This document shows positions 30,801 through 41,987 of a DNA stretch of 64,000 nucleotides, one piece after another; the first letter of the stretch is position 1; each line of letters starts with the position of its first letter. Below the pieces are notes generated by a model. It was given only the letters and a program-made list of their open reading frames with translations, ran no database searches and was not told where the DNA came from. Location: assembly GCA_964035545.1 (NCBI GenBank), contig OZ037773.1, positions 2,943,751 to 3,007,750 on the forward strand. The letters are read 5' to 3'. A program made the translations under genes and the position numbers. The stretch is from Bugula neritina. Lineage: Eukaryota; Animalia; Bryozoa.

Positions 30801-33800
30801 TAGTCTCCTTATGCAATAACTGTATTCAATTCGCTGACTTTATTTTATAAAGCTTTGGCAGAGCGAGCAGCTACACCACTGACGCTGACGCTAGAAGTCA
30901 TGAGGTCGGAGGTCTTGATCCCGGCACCACTTACCTCATCAGAGTGGGTGCAGTCAATATCAACGGAACCGGGGTGCTCTCGGATTGGGTGGAGGCGTCT
31001 ACATACTCGGCGTCATTGGAAGGTGAGAGGTGACGTTGCAGTGTCTGTCTATTTTTAGCATATTCTATTGTATGAAAGAAACAAAACAAGATTTTGTCCT
31101 TTACAATGTTGTGAATTGTGTGTGGGAGTAGATTTACTTGGTCCAATAAGCTGTAATGTTTGACCAACAGTATGTATTTATGTTTTAAACTTGGTATTAA
31201 AAGTATTACTAACAGCTACAATGTTTATAATTTTAATTGCAGTTTTCTTGGTTGTACATTCTGTGTATGTGTTTGTGTGAAAATCACACCGAAGGGCAAT
31301 GTTTACGATAAATGCTTTATCATATTTGTTATGTCCACAATATCAAACGGTATGGGGACGGTACGATTGACAGCCATTCTCCAATGGTTCAGGGAACTCA
31401 AGCCACAAGCCTGGAGAATACTAAGGCTAAATTTGCACCCGGTTTCTTGTTTCACAGCATTGTACCAGCTCAGAATTGTGGCTTGCTCACGGCATACATA
31501 CAGTATTATTGACAGATATGCTGGCAGCATAGACTTTCAACAGATCTGTGCTAACTTATTATACTAACCTACTTACAGAGTCCCGCCCACCTGGTCGTCC
31601 AATCAAATTGACTCTGCAGCCATTCCCTCGAGAGTTGATAGTTAGCTGGATTCCTGCTGATGACAATATCTTGATTAAAGGCTACAAGTTGGGGTACGGT
31701 ACCATAACGCCTGATGCGCACTGGGTGGACATTGAATCTCACCTGAGACTGACGACTCTGACAAACTTACGTAAGTATTGTTTGATTGGTGCAGCTGGTT
31801 TGTCATGTGACCTGTTAGAAGCTACATAGCATGGTCTAGTAGTATTACTGGTGACTACAGCTGCCTTTGGTCTCTTATGAGTACATAGTTAATAGTGATT
31901 ATTATGTGAGTACATAGTTAATAGTGATTATTATGTGAGTACATAGTTAATAGTGATTATTATGTGAGTACATAGTTAATAGTGATTATTATGTGAGTAC
32001 ATAGTTAATAGTGATTATTATGTGAGTACATAGTTAATAGTGATTATTATGTGAGTACATAGTTTATAGTGATTATTATGTGAGTACATAGTTAATAGTG
32101 ATTATTATGTGAGTACATAGTTAATAGTGATTATTATGTGAGTACATAGTTAATAGTGATTATTATGTGAGTACATAGTTAATAGTGATTATTATGTGAG
32201 TACATAGTTAATAGTGATTATTATGTGAGTACATAGTTAATAGTGATTATTATGTGAGTACATAGTTAATAGTGATTATTATGTGAGTACATAGTTAATA
32301 GTGATTATTATGTGAGTACATAGTTAACAGTGATTAGTATATGAGTACATAGTTAACAGTGATTAGTATATGAGTACATAGTTAACAGTGATTATCATAC
32401 AAGTGTGTAGTTAATAGTGGTTATTATCACCATATTTTCTGCTAAGGAACTTATTCGCTTGTCCAGAATGTTTAAAGTGAAGAGTAAGGTCGCGCGGCAT
32501 AGGTTGTGGAAATGTGTCGGGTGGTAACTTTTGTTCTCATTAAACGCTGTTTCCAGACTCTGCCTCTCACTCTGGGATTTAACATCTCGTCTGTTTTGCA
32601 GAGTCCAAATCTAATTATGTGGTGCAGCTGTTTGCATACAACGCTGCCGGAGAAGGAGCTCGTATTGAACAGCAGACGTACACGACTGAAGAGACCACAT
32701 CCAGTACTAGTGTCGCAGTAAATACTGTGGAAACTGCTACAGGTCTACCACCCCTCTCCCCGCCACATGGAGTAGAAACTCGGGTAATTTTATAATAGTT
32801 GTTTTGTTTGGTGTAGTGGAGTCAGCATAGTTTGGGCAGCAACTGTTAAGAATTGGTAAACTACTGTTTCTCTTTATTGATGTTTCCACTGATACTGTTA
32901 GCTCCTTCCCTCATTGTAGACTGTGAATCTATTGTTGTGTTGTATGGGGGGTATGCTTTACGACCCTTTGTGTGTATATGTTGAACGTAATGTTGCAGGT
33001 GATGTCCTCATCCTCCATTATAGTCACGTGGACAGACGGCACACTCGGTGGTATTCAGGAGAACATAGATGGCAGGATATACAGACTGAAGTACCACGTC
33101 GTCAGCGGTAAGCTTGCTAAGTTATCAACCACTGCGGGGAGGGGAAGGGGTGGGCACTTGCTGTACTGTGTTACATCCTGGTGTTGAACTATGTCTGTCA
33201 AATGCATGGATATCTTAGATAGAGCGAAAAATTGCCTAGTATGTTGCTGTTTTATTTTTCTAGTTAAAAACAGCTTTTAGTTTCTCTAGTGAAACTTTTC
33301 AACTGGTTTATAATTGCTGATCTAAGTTACACTGTAGAAAATCTTGAACTTTATAACAAATTATATTTGCAACGTTCTCTTATATTTTAACATCTCATTC
33401 AACATGAGAATAATTTCTGATTACATTATTAGGTGTAGCCTTAGTTTTACTTGTGTACACATTTAGGGTCCTCACACCGCCGTCCCAAGTACATAGACAC
33501 CTCTGACTTTGTTGTTCACCTCAAGAAACTTAAACCAGCCACTAAGTACGAGTTTGCTGTGATGGTAACTCGTAACGACAGATCTAGCTTATACTCCTTC
33601 AGTACGACAAACACTACCCTGGAGGACGGTGAGTTAGTCTATGAGTCCATGTATTAAGGGATGGTGTATCAGTCTATGTGTGATGCTATGGCACATTCAC
33701 TTCAAGTACTACATTATATATATATGAATATAGCTTGTTAGGTTAGGAAATTATAGAAAGCTTTACAAATTGTCATTATAAAAAATTGGAGATTTATAAT

Positions 33801-34215
33801 AGGCCAGTTGACTTTTGTACAATATTATAGGACTTTCTACCAGTCTAGGGAGAAAAACTAACTATTCTCATAAAAGGAATGCTCAGTCTGGTTAGAAGGA
33901 CTGTTATTGCCAGTCTAAGAGAAAGATGCTTTCTCCATATGTCGCAACAGTCTGTTAGAACCAGACGATAGGTGTGACTGGACTCTGGTTTGTTATACCT
34001 GCTTAAGGTAATAATTGATCATTTCTCATGGCTGTGTTTTAGCACCGGCCACTGCCCCCGCTGACCTCACTGTCAGCAGTTCAGACAGAGGTCATGGGTA
34101 TGTGCACATCAGCTGGCAGCCTCCCAGTCAACCAAATGGTAACATAATAAGCTACCAGATATTCTCCAGCACTGACGATACTCTGCCGATAAAGCAATGG
34201 GCTAGAGATGGTATG

Positions 34216-34246
<31 letters not shown>

Positions 34247-34864
34247 GTGTCTGTATAGAATGATATAAATTAAAAGGAATATAAATTAAAAATAATGTAA
34301 AACAAGCTTGCGCAAGTTTATAGTCGCCATCCCTGTGAGAAACCCCTGAGGGAAAGGGTTTTTGTTAGAACGGGTTAAGGAGTTCTTCATATGAATATGT
34401 GGCACATGAGCAATTGTGACTGGATGCTCTTTTTAATATCATCAATGTCGGGGTTTCGAACCCATGACTTCGTGTTTACTAAGCAAATGCTCTAACCTCT
34501 AGACCACGGCTGCTCCCTAAAATTAAAAATAATATAGGTGCTGCTAAACTTTTTTTACTACACTGCGTTGTGTGTTCCGTTGTAAGTTGTTGCTGCAGGA
34601 ATTGTTTGCCCTTATTGAGACTTGTTTGTTGCAGCTGCTGTTGGGAGCTCCCTCAACTATCAGTATGGGCAGGTGACTCCCAACACCCGCTACTATTTCC
34701 TCATAGTTGCTCAAACAAAGGTTGGCAGTTCTCCTGCCTCAGAAGTTGTGTCCTTCAAAACCCCCAAAGGTATGTGGCTGAGGTTCCCATAGCAATCACA
34801 CATAACTTCTTTATTCTCTCTGCTGCTTATATTTTTATATTATTTATTTTTTATATGTTCAATT

Positions 34865-34961
<97 letters not shown>

Positions 34962-35246
34962 ATATATATAATGTATGCTGATTGTCAATCTAGTTGGAGT
35001 TCCAGCAAAGTAAAGTGCTCGATATCACGGGTGACAGAGCTAATATAATGTAGTGTGTTCAGATTGTTAATGATACATATATATTTTTTTATTTAAAAAA
35101 TCTCACACGACTATATAGTTTCGTACAGTAAACTGCACTCGTCAGGTGTTAGACTAAAAATAAATAAAATCTATGAAGCATACCGATTATTCAAATTTTT
35201 TAAATAAAAAAAAATATATGTATCATTAACAATCTGAACACACTAC

Positions 35247-35287
<41 letters not shown>

Positions 35288-38200
35288 TTCATATTTAAAT
35301 ATATCAATAAATATATATTTATATATATTTTATATTGCATATTTTCTAATATTTTTATATTATATATAATATATAAATATATTATATTTCTTCAATACTC
35401 ATAGTTAATTAACTTTAAATAGTTTATTCACAGTTGATTTATTGGTTTTAAATTTTGCAATAGCAATGTAGTTATATGACCCCCCCCCCCCCCCCTTAAG
35501 CTTGAAGTGTGAATTTATTAGAGTGGACAATTTGTACTGTCTTCAATGTCTGTTACTTTATTTTTGCAGCTGATAGAAAATCAACATTTCTAGAAGGTGT
35601 ATCCACAGGTAACTATGATGTCATTTCCTTATTTTGTTGGTTTCCCTGATTGATGTCTAGATGAAGTATTCAATGTTTATGCTTATTTTTGAGATGTTGA
35701 GTTAAATTAATGAGTAATACATAGGCTCAATGTTGGCTATTATACATTTATTTTATTATTAAGATAATGTAGATATATAAAACAATGTAAACATGATGAA
35801 TATAAAACTCTGTGTGAGAAGTCTCTGCTGGAAGGTTTATTTTAATTTGGGCTAAGTACCTAATCAGATGTGACACAGGAGCAATTATGACTGGATGCTC
35901 TTCCTTTGTTGGGGTTCGAACTCGTGCCGTCTTTTTACTAAGCAAAAGCTGTAACCCCTAGACCACGGCTGCTCCCTTAAACATGATGCGTATAATATCT
36001 AGTAAATAAAGCAGTGTATGAATGTTATACTCCGCAAGTGAACATAACCTTACTATTGTATGTTTACTTGTCGCTGCAGTTGGCGTCATCTCTGAACCCG
36101 TAGACCCCAGTCTCTCTCTGCTCCAGAAGTCTCCATATCTGATTTGGATTATAATCGTGTCGGTGGCTGTTATATCTATAATAGCCATCGCTGTCATCAC
36201 TGCTGTGCTCTGCTGCCGGAAGAACAAGTCTACGAAGCAGCAGCGGTCACCTGCGAAGCACACAACTCAACCCCCTGATCTGGTCGCCAAACCAAACCCA
36301 CCAGATCTCTGGATCGACCACGAACGAGTAAGTGTGGTTTGGGAGGGGAAGGGAAGGGGTGGAGAGAGTAAGTCTGGCTTGGCAGGTGAAGGGGGAGAAA
36401 GTTGAAGGGGTGGAGAGAGTAGTTTTCCTGCACTGAGCCGATGTGAATAAATGACACAAACTTGATCTTTAATTTCAATAATCGTTTTAGCTCTTATGAG
36501 TTACCAACATTGAGACTAATTTGCTAGACTATTTCTTTTGATCAGTTTTGATTATTTTCTCATGCACTTACTGTTATGACTGTAGCATGAGTTGACCGGC
36601 CTGAGGCTACAGTCCGAGACAGATAACGAGACGGATGAGCGCACGTCCATGCTGCAGAGCAACTTTGATGTGAGTGTTAGTCTGGCTGGTGACATGACGT
36701 ATCCCGACGATATGAAGTTTTCTTCTCTTACAAGGAGCGGTCGTCCGGTTATAATAGCCTCCAATCCTCACAGAGATGGTGAGTTACGACAGCCCGCTCT
36801 CACACTGGGTGTGTAGCAGAGGGTGGTTTTCTTAAACGTAGTAGTTTACCTACATTGACATCATCTTAAAGCTGGGCTGCGCTGTTTATGTTGTACTGCT
36901 GTTTCATGCTACAATGTATACCAACGATGAGACATATTGAGTTCAGACAGTATAGCTCCGCAGTTCTATTTTGCTTTCCTTGCAAATATAATTATCTACA
37001 AAAGAACTAAAACTTATTTAAATTGCAAAGAAGCTGGTGGCCACAGTATGCTTTTCAGTTACTGTTTTAGTTCTATAAACCATCAACCTATCTTGTTAAG
37101 TTTTATCAAGTTTTACCATGACTACTTCCACTCGAATAACTTTCAGCAGTCACCTAACTTGGTCACTGAAGGAAAACTGAGCCACACTGACTCATCTACC
37201 AAAAACTGTCAGCAAATAGCTATCGCAAAAGCTTTCACAAATAGCTTTCGTTACACAATGATTTTTGGCAGCTTTCCAAAAAGCCACTGCAACAATTTGC
37301 GCTTTAGTTTCTAACTCCGAGTCTTTTATTGTTGAACTGTAGCAATGCCAAGAGCTTCTGTGACTCCTATGACGGCTGATTCGACGCGACCTCTGTATCC
37401 AAGGACACAGTTTGCTAGCGGAGGTCAACACGGAGCTACTCCCAGGGTTCATGTTGGAGATACCTCCCAGCCCAGTTCAGGTAACTACTGCTTCCACGTC
37501 ATGTCAGCTGTTCTAAATGAGGGTTTCTTGTGGCAGCCATATTTTCTCGGTAGCCATATTTTCTTCCGCTGCAAACTCTCCACTCGGCAAAAGTTCAAAC
37601 ACATTTCACAAAATTAACTCAAAAATTGAATGAAATTTTGCCATTTGTATTTTGAATGATTTTTAAAATTATAGTACAATAACTTACCATTCTCTGCTCA
37701 GCACTTATTAATAAACTAGCCGGAAAATTTGCCAAGAGAAACTTGCACTCCCTTCACCATGTAATGTTGCAGTAACTTATGTTAGTTACTCACTTTAAGG
37801 GTTTGCTGAAGTGTTTCCAACATTTGATAATATCGCAAGATATTCTCCTGTGTATTTGAGCTTCAGTAGCTCGTAAAATTTTTCCAAGTTTATATGTAAA
37901 TTAATATAGTTATATCTATATTGTGTAGTCCCAGAAAGCTTTGTCACTGCATGGGTACACCATTTGCTTCTGCTGAAAATGCACGATGTATATGGACACA
38001 CTTCATTTATCCAGTTCCACCACTAATTACTGTGTGTCACATTTCCACAGCATGCTAAAAGTACACTTGCTGCTGCTATTGTCTTGATACATCTACCTTA
38101 TGTATCTCATCTACTTTAAAGATGGTTTATCCAGGTTAATCTACCTCAATTTACACAGCGCTATATCCTGTTTAATTTATGTTCTAGCAGACTTTCTGAT

Positions 38201-40370
38201 AGTTCACACCTTTATACTAGTTTTTTCACTTTTATTCATTTTAGACACCTGTTGATTGTTGTCAACATATAATATTCACTACAATTATAGATTGTTGTCA
38301 ACAGTTAGTGTGTAATACACCTGTATATTAATATCAACAAACTGTATACATAGTTGTGATGATGTGTCTGTGTTATCTTTCAACACCTTGTCTTGTAGCT
38401 GAAGTTATGCCCCCCTACACTGCCACAATGACTTACTCGTCTCTTAATTTGTATTCACGTGGAATTAATCCACGGGGTTTTGTACGAAGTGCTGACAATA
38501 GTCCTGCACTGCCTCGTAAAAGTAATGTATACACTTTCATGGCAAGTGCAGTGCCATTGTTTTACTCTTATTCGTTAGTTTGAATTTTGTTCGTTTTTTA
38601 GTCGATGTGCTTCATTGATTTTAATTCTAGAGTTATAAGTTTCATAGCAGACTCACAGTGTTTCTATGGATAGTGCAGTTTGCAGCAACTAAGCAAAGGT
38701 TTTCCAAAATATAAAACAATTGATGTGTGATAATGTCACATTTTCTGACCTAAACTAGATCAATTACTGGAGCTAGAGTGACTTATTCACTTTTAAAACT
38801 TTAACTATACTGATCACCTAAAGAAACTGAAGCTGTAGGTACACAGTGATTTGCATGTTTCTAAACATACTCACAAGTTTGTTGTACATAACTTACTTTC
38901 CTGAGTTTTTTAAACCTTTATTATAGAGAGTGGAAGCATAACCCGTCAAATCTGCTTGCAATTGTTTGCCGTCTTCAAATTATCTGTTTGTTTGAACTGC
39001 AAACATGTAGACTCAGCTCCCCCTCCTCCTCAACTGCAGTGCCTGAGGTAGACGGGAGTTGCTAGGTCAACTTGCTGTTATATTTTCAGCTGACCTTGAC
39101 CCTAATCTCAGACAAGTTTGAATCTGTTGTGTTTATTTGCATGTCCGCACTGCTCATCCCTTTCAGCTGCAGCTCACACTGGATTGCATGAACAGCTCAT
39201 ATTATTATTTGTAGAGTATTATCATCATCATAGCCATTGCACTCCTGGTTCCGATGCCTTGGGTGGAGGGGCGTCTCCCTACTCACCCGGCAATATAATT
39301 CCCCCATCTCCTTCTAACTCTGATAGGGCTAACCACTCTTTACGAAGTTATCACAAGCCATCAATGACTAGTTCACATGTACCTCAGCACATTGGTAAGG
39401 TTTCAGTCTAAGAATCCCCATCTAAACGTCACTTTTGGGATCTTCTACTGCCATTTATTTTAAATTGGGTGCATGCATTTTTGGTGACTGGTCATGATGA
39501 AATAACTAGGTAAATTTTCGCTGAGATTACAGCTGCTCTGATCTTGCTCTTTCCCGTGGTGTGGGTCATCTTGAAAGTGGTTTAAATTACGTGTTGAGTT
39601 GAGTGTGTTTATGGAGATATTATTCATGAAAAATTGGTATATATACTTGTGTATATATCTTCTAAAACTCAGTGTAGATTAGCCTGTTTATTTTGAACGC
39701 TCACTGTCTTAGTTTTACACAATACATGAAATTAATGAATGTTTTTAGTGAAGCCTCTGCCATCCTTTAAAATGACCAATCAGATGACCGGGTCAGTTTA
39801 TCAGCCATCTAGCCCCACCCACCATGTACCCAGCTCAGAGGAAGTGGCCAGCCCCATATCAGCTCGTAAAAAGAGACCACCCAGGCAGCAGGCCACACCT
39901 GTCTCACCTAACCTGAACAACTTGTCTACAAGTCGTGAGGATCTCCACTCTAGCATGGTGAGATGGACTAACTCAGCTAAAACCACTTGAGATTCTATCA
40001 TGTTGATTAACTTCACTGTCAGTCAGGGCTTGAGGGCTGACTATAGATGTTGGGGAAGGTTTAGATTCTGAACCATGTAGACATCAACTCTACTTTATGA
40101 TAAATTCAACTTTTAAATAATCTTGAATCTGCGTTTATACCTTTACTTAAAAGTGTACCCAGTTTTAGTTAATTTCATATTAGGCTACTTCCTGGTAGTA
40201 AAATATGATTCACCTAAGCCCTAATCGCTATCCTATGCCCTTCAAAATTTATTATATACATTTCATTGCAGATGACTCACAGCACAGAACAACTTAGCGC
40301 AGAGATGGCCAACATAGACTGTATCATGCAAGATCTGAATGCTATAAAAGATGGCTTTGAAATGGCTTAA
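15858..40370 (+). CDS. DCC/NEO1: DCC/neogenin/frazzled (UNC-40) family netrin receptor, about 1453 aa
   Basis: 29 exons in continuous frame: 15858-15897, 18157-18328, 19942-20096, 21023-21178, 21707-21835, 24156-24315, 25410-25549, 25791-25903, 26354-26516, 26811-27024, 27284-27401, 28078-28217, 29323-29498, 29756-29894, 30853-31022, 31579-31770, 32602-32783, 32999-33107, 33467-33628, 34043-34210, 34635-34769, 35570-35608, 36080-36327, 36586-36778, 37343-37480, 38399-38521, 39215-39394, 39749-39957, 40272-40370. Signal peptide MEQSIIILIACIIGLSFA, 4 Ig (C...W...xGxYxC), 6 FN3, TM LIWIIIVSVAVISIIAIAVITAVLCC, P1 PPDLWIDHE, P2-like HSLRSY, P3 EQLSAEMANIDCIMQDLNAI. Confidence 0.95.
18315..18560 (+). 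repeat. Intronic repeat copying the exon 2 end and donor (acag-gtgtcaacaa-gtgagt)
   Basis: Real junction at 18328/18329; copies near 18403, 18447 and 18540. Confidence 0.85.
20503..20663. mobile_element. MITE about 160 bp with TA-flanked TIRs (Tc1/mariner-like), copy 1
   Basis: taggagcagtagcgaagaaattgaga ... tctcaatttctccataactgcaccta; second copy at 28241-28402. Confidence 0.8.
20668..20998. repeat. 27-bp minisatellite (tactgtattacttctactacagtgtaa)
   Basis: About 12 near-perfect units ending just before exon 21023. Confidence 0.95.
21442..21667. repeat. 21-bp minisatellite (atatgtgcacgtgtcacagta)
   Basis: About 10 units; source of the MCTCHSN, YYCDTCT and AHITVTR repeat ORFs. Confidence 0.95.
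22387..22665. repeat. 25-bp minisatellite (tctgctagtgttgatgtgttgaaag)
   Basis: About 11 units. Confidence 0.95.
22900..23160. repeat. C/T-rich low-complexity tract
   Basis: ctctctcactaccactccactc-type degenerate repeats. Confidence 0.85.
24490..25390. repeat. About 26-bp AT-rich minisatellite (tacactgtatatgtattcatatatat)
   Basis: More than 30 variant units over about 900 bp, with a higher-order block repeated; source of the Y/I/H/C-rich ORFs. Confidence 0.95.
25915..26105. repeat. Polypyrimidine low-complexity tract
   Basis: Almost purely C/T for about 190 bp after the donor at 25904. Confidence 0.9.
27011..27176 (+). repeat. About 30-bp repeat copying exon end and donor (cagccagtgcaag-gtgggtgtaaaaactga)
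   Basis: 5-6 units starting in the exon that ends at 27024. Confidence 0.85.
28241..28402. mobile_element. MITE about 160 bp with TA-flanked TIRs, copy 2
   Basis: taggagcagtagtggagaaattgaga ... tctcaatttctccattattgcaccta; aligns along its length with 20503-20663. Confidence 0.8.
29087..29298. repeat. 45-bp minisatellite
   Basis: Unit ttagtatactataatatacttgtcaataatatagactaccat(g/t)tg, about 4.7 copies, ending just before exon 29323. Confidence 0.95.
31876..32425. repeat. 29-bp minisatellite (gagtacatagttaatagtgattattatgt)
   Basis: About 18 nearly identical units. Confidence 0.97.
34313..34517 (-). mobile_element. tRNA-derived SINE, copy 2
   Basis: Reverse complement gggagcagccgtggtctagaggttagagcatttgcttagtaaacacgaagtcatgggttcgaaaccc has A and B boxes; tail cagggatggcgactataaacttg shared with copy 1. 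Confidence 0.85.
34865..35282 (-). mobile_element. Penelope-like retroelement remnant (ribozyme-bearing terminal repeat with inverted segment) inside (TA)n
   Basis: (TA)n 34865-34970, unique 34971-35042, arm 35043-35101, hammerhead 35102-35152, spacer, inverted arm 35195-35253, (TA)n. Arms match at 58 of 59 nt. The Penelope assignment is inferred from architecture; no RT or GIY-YIG ORF is present. Confidence 0.65.
35102..35152 (-). ncRNA. Minimal type I hammerhead ribozyme
   Basis: Minus strand reads CUAACAC-CUGACGA-GUGCAG-UUUA-CUGUAC-GAAA-CUAUAUAG-UC-GUGUGAG: full core CUGANGA, GAAA and UH; 6-bp stem II; stem I 6 of 7 pairs; short palindromic stem III; GUC cleavage triplet. Confidence 0.88.
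35800..35976 (-). mobile_element. tRNA-derived SINE, copy 3
   Basis: Reverse complement gggagcagccgtggtctaggggttacagcttttgcttagtaaaaag...gagttcgaacccc...aggaagagcatccagtcataattgctcctgtgtcacatctga. Confidence 0.8.
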
Positions 40371-41169
40371 CATCCCTAGGCACATGGTGCAATATTTGGT
40401 CACCACTCTCCATGTCAAAGCCAGTTGGACTATCCCGGGGCATTCATTAACTTGTCTCTTACTCATGTACTCAAGTAGTTAGTGAGTTTGGAGTTGCTTG
40501 CTCTGTGTCCATCACTGGTTCATGAGACTCAACTATTCGTGTAGCTCTTCCATTTGGTGCATTTTTGTAGATATTTTTTACATAGGCACCTGCCCTGAAT
40601 TACTCATTATAATAGTAAGTTATGACTACATCAGATGTATAAGCTAAGGGTAAGGAAGGTAACTAATAGCTTAGAACACACTGATTAGAAATGTTGGATT
40701 GTATCCACATAATTATTAACTACTGTTTTGTTTATGTTGTTACACAAGCAATTTTATATTTCAGATAATATATATTTATTATGTTATTTATATATTATTT
40801 TGCTGTTTACTCAAACGTTTAACATTTCTGAGTTTTTATTAGCTGTCAGCCAAATCAACATTTTTTCAAACAGTTTTATAACAATATCTGCCTTCCATTG
40901 ACTTATACTGTAGTTGTTGGTTTTTTAACATTTCATACCAAATCGTCTCTTTACTTTGTAGCCTGTCAATCGTATTTTAATAGTTTAGGTAATTTCATAA
41001 TTTTAGCATGTAACTTTTACAGGTTTATTGTACAAAAAACCATTATATACATGCAGATGCTATATATACGAATAGATTTTTAGAATTTTCAATTACTAAT
41101 ATTTGTTTGCTATTCGAATTAATTAAATATAAATCTTTCAACAAATTCCATGACATTCATTATTTAAGT

Positions 41170-41495
41170 CAAGGCTGTCCAACAGGTGGCCCCAGCTGGC
41201 CGGATGTGGCCCCCAGCTTAAATTTATGTGGCCTTCAAAGGCATAAAACTAAAATTATTTTTCACAGGTATATACACGAGTCAAAGTGAAAAACTAAATT
41301 TTAAATGTTTTATTTATACCCATACTACAAAACTTGCAGTATCTATTGGTACTTTATTGTGTAATGCTTTATAAGAATTTGGAATAAATGAGTTAAAAAT
41401 ACTGATGCTGTGCCCCCCCCCCCCCAGCTCAATCTAAAGTTTCCAATGTGGCCCTCACCATGAAATATTCAGTAACCACTCTGGAAAGGTTGGCC
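41170..41495. mobile_element. Degenerate hAT/Charlie-type MITE (duplicate at about 50259-50580)
   Basis: caaggctgtccaacaggtggcccc...ggccggatgtggcccc...gtggccctcac...aaggttggcc; related to 46119-46200. Confidence 0.6.
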
Positions 41496-41987
41496 TAAAC
41501 ATTCAACTGGTGTTATAAATTATTATTCTTTAATAATGAAAGGGATATGTCATAATATGATAATTGTTCATGTTATAAGCTCCTCCCACTTATTCTATCT
41601 ATATAAATACTGTGTTTTATATAATTCATTCAACCTAATAAGCCAGTAAATGGTTCACATCATTATAAACACCTACAAATTATCACAGTTAATTACGACT
41701 ATATACAAATAAGCGACAACAAAACAAACAATTACTACAATGATCTAAATATTATATTATTATTAAGTAAGTAGAACAAAATATTCAAAAAATGTTCAAT
41801 AATCAAGGATGACACAATGAGCGACACAATGATGCCTGAATTGAACGTTTACTGAGTTTACAGATTGACAGTTTAATATTATTGCTGCTACAAAATGTAA
41901 ATCTTTCATGCAACTGTGTACTATATAAATTTCAATATGTTCTCGCTTGTACTAATTTCTTTAATTCTCCTGCTGGCATCCACTGTC

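Noticed and set aside
31876-32425. 29-bp repeats of CRISPR-like length
   Set aside because: Head-to-tail with no spacers, no cas genes, eukaryotic intron.
34455-34517. tRNA-like A/B-box sequences (also 11159, 35976, 46468, 55464)
   Set aside because: No complete cloverleaf and each continues into a shared SINE body, so they are SINE heads and not tRNA genes.
39011-39047. Proline-rich candidate exon (SAPPPPQLQCL) in the copy-A-only segment
   Set aside because: 37 nt breaks the frame with the downstream acceptors and it is absent from copy B.
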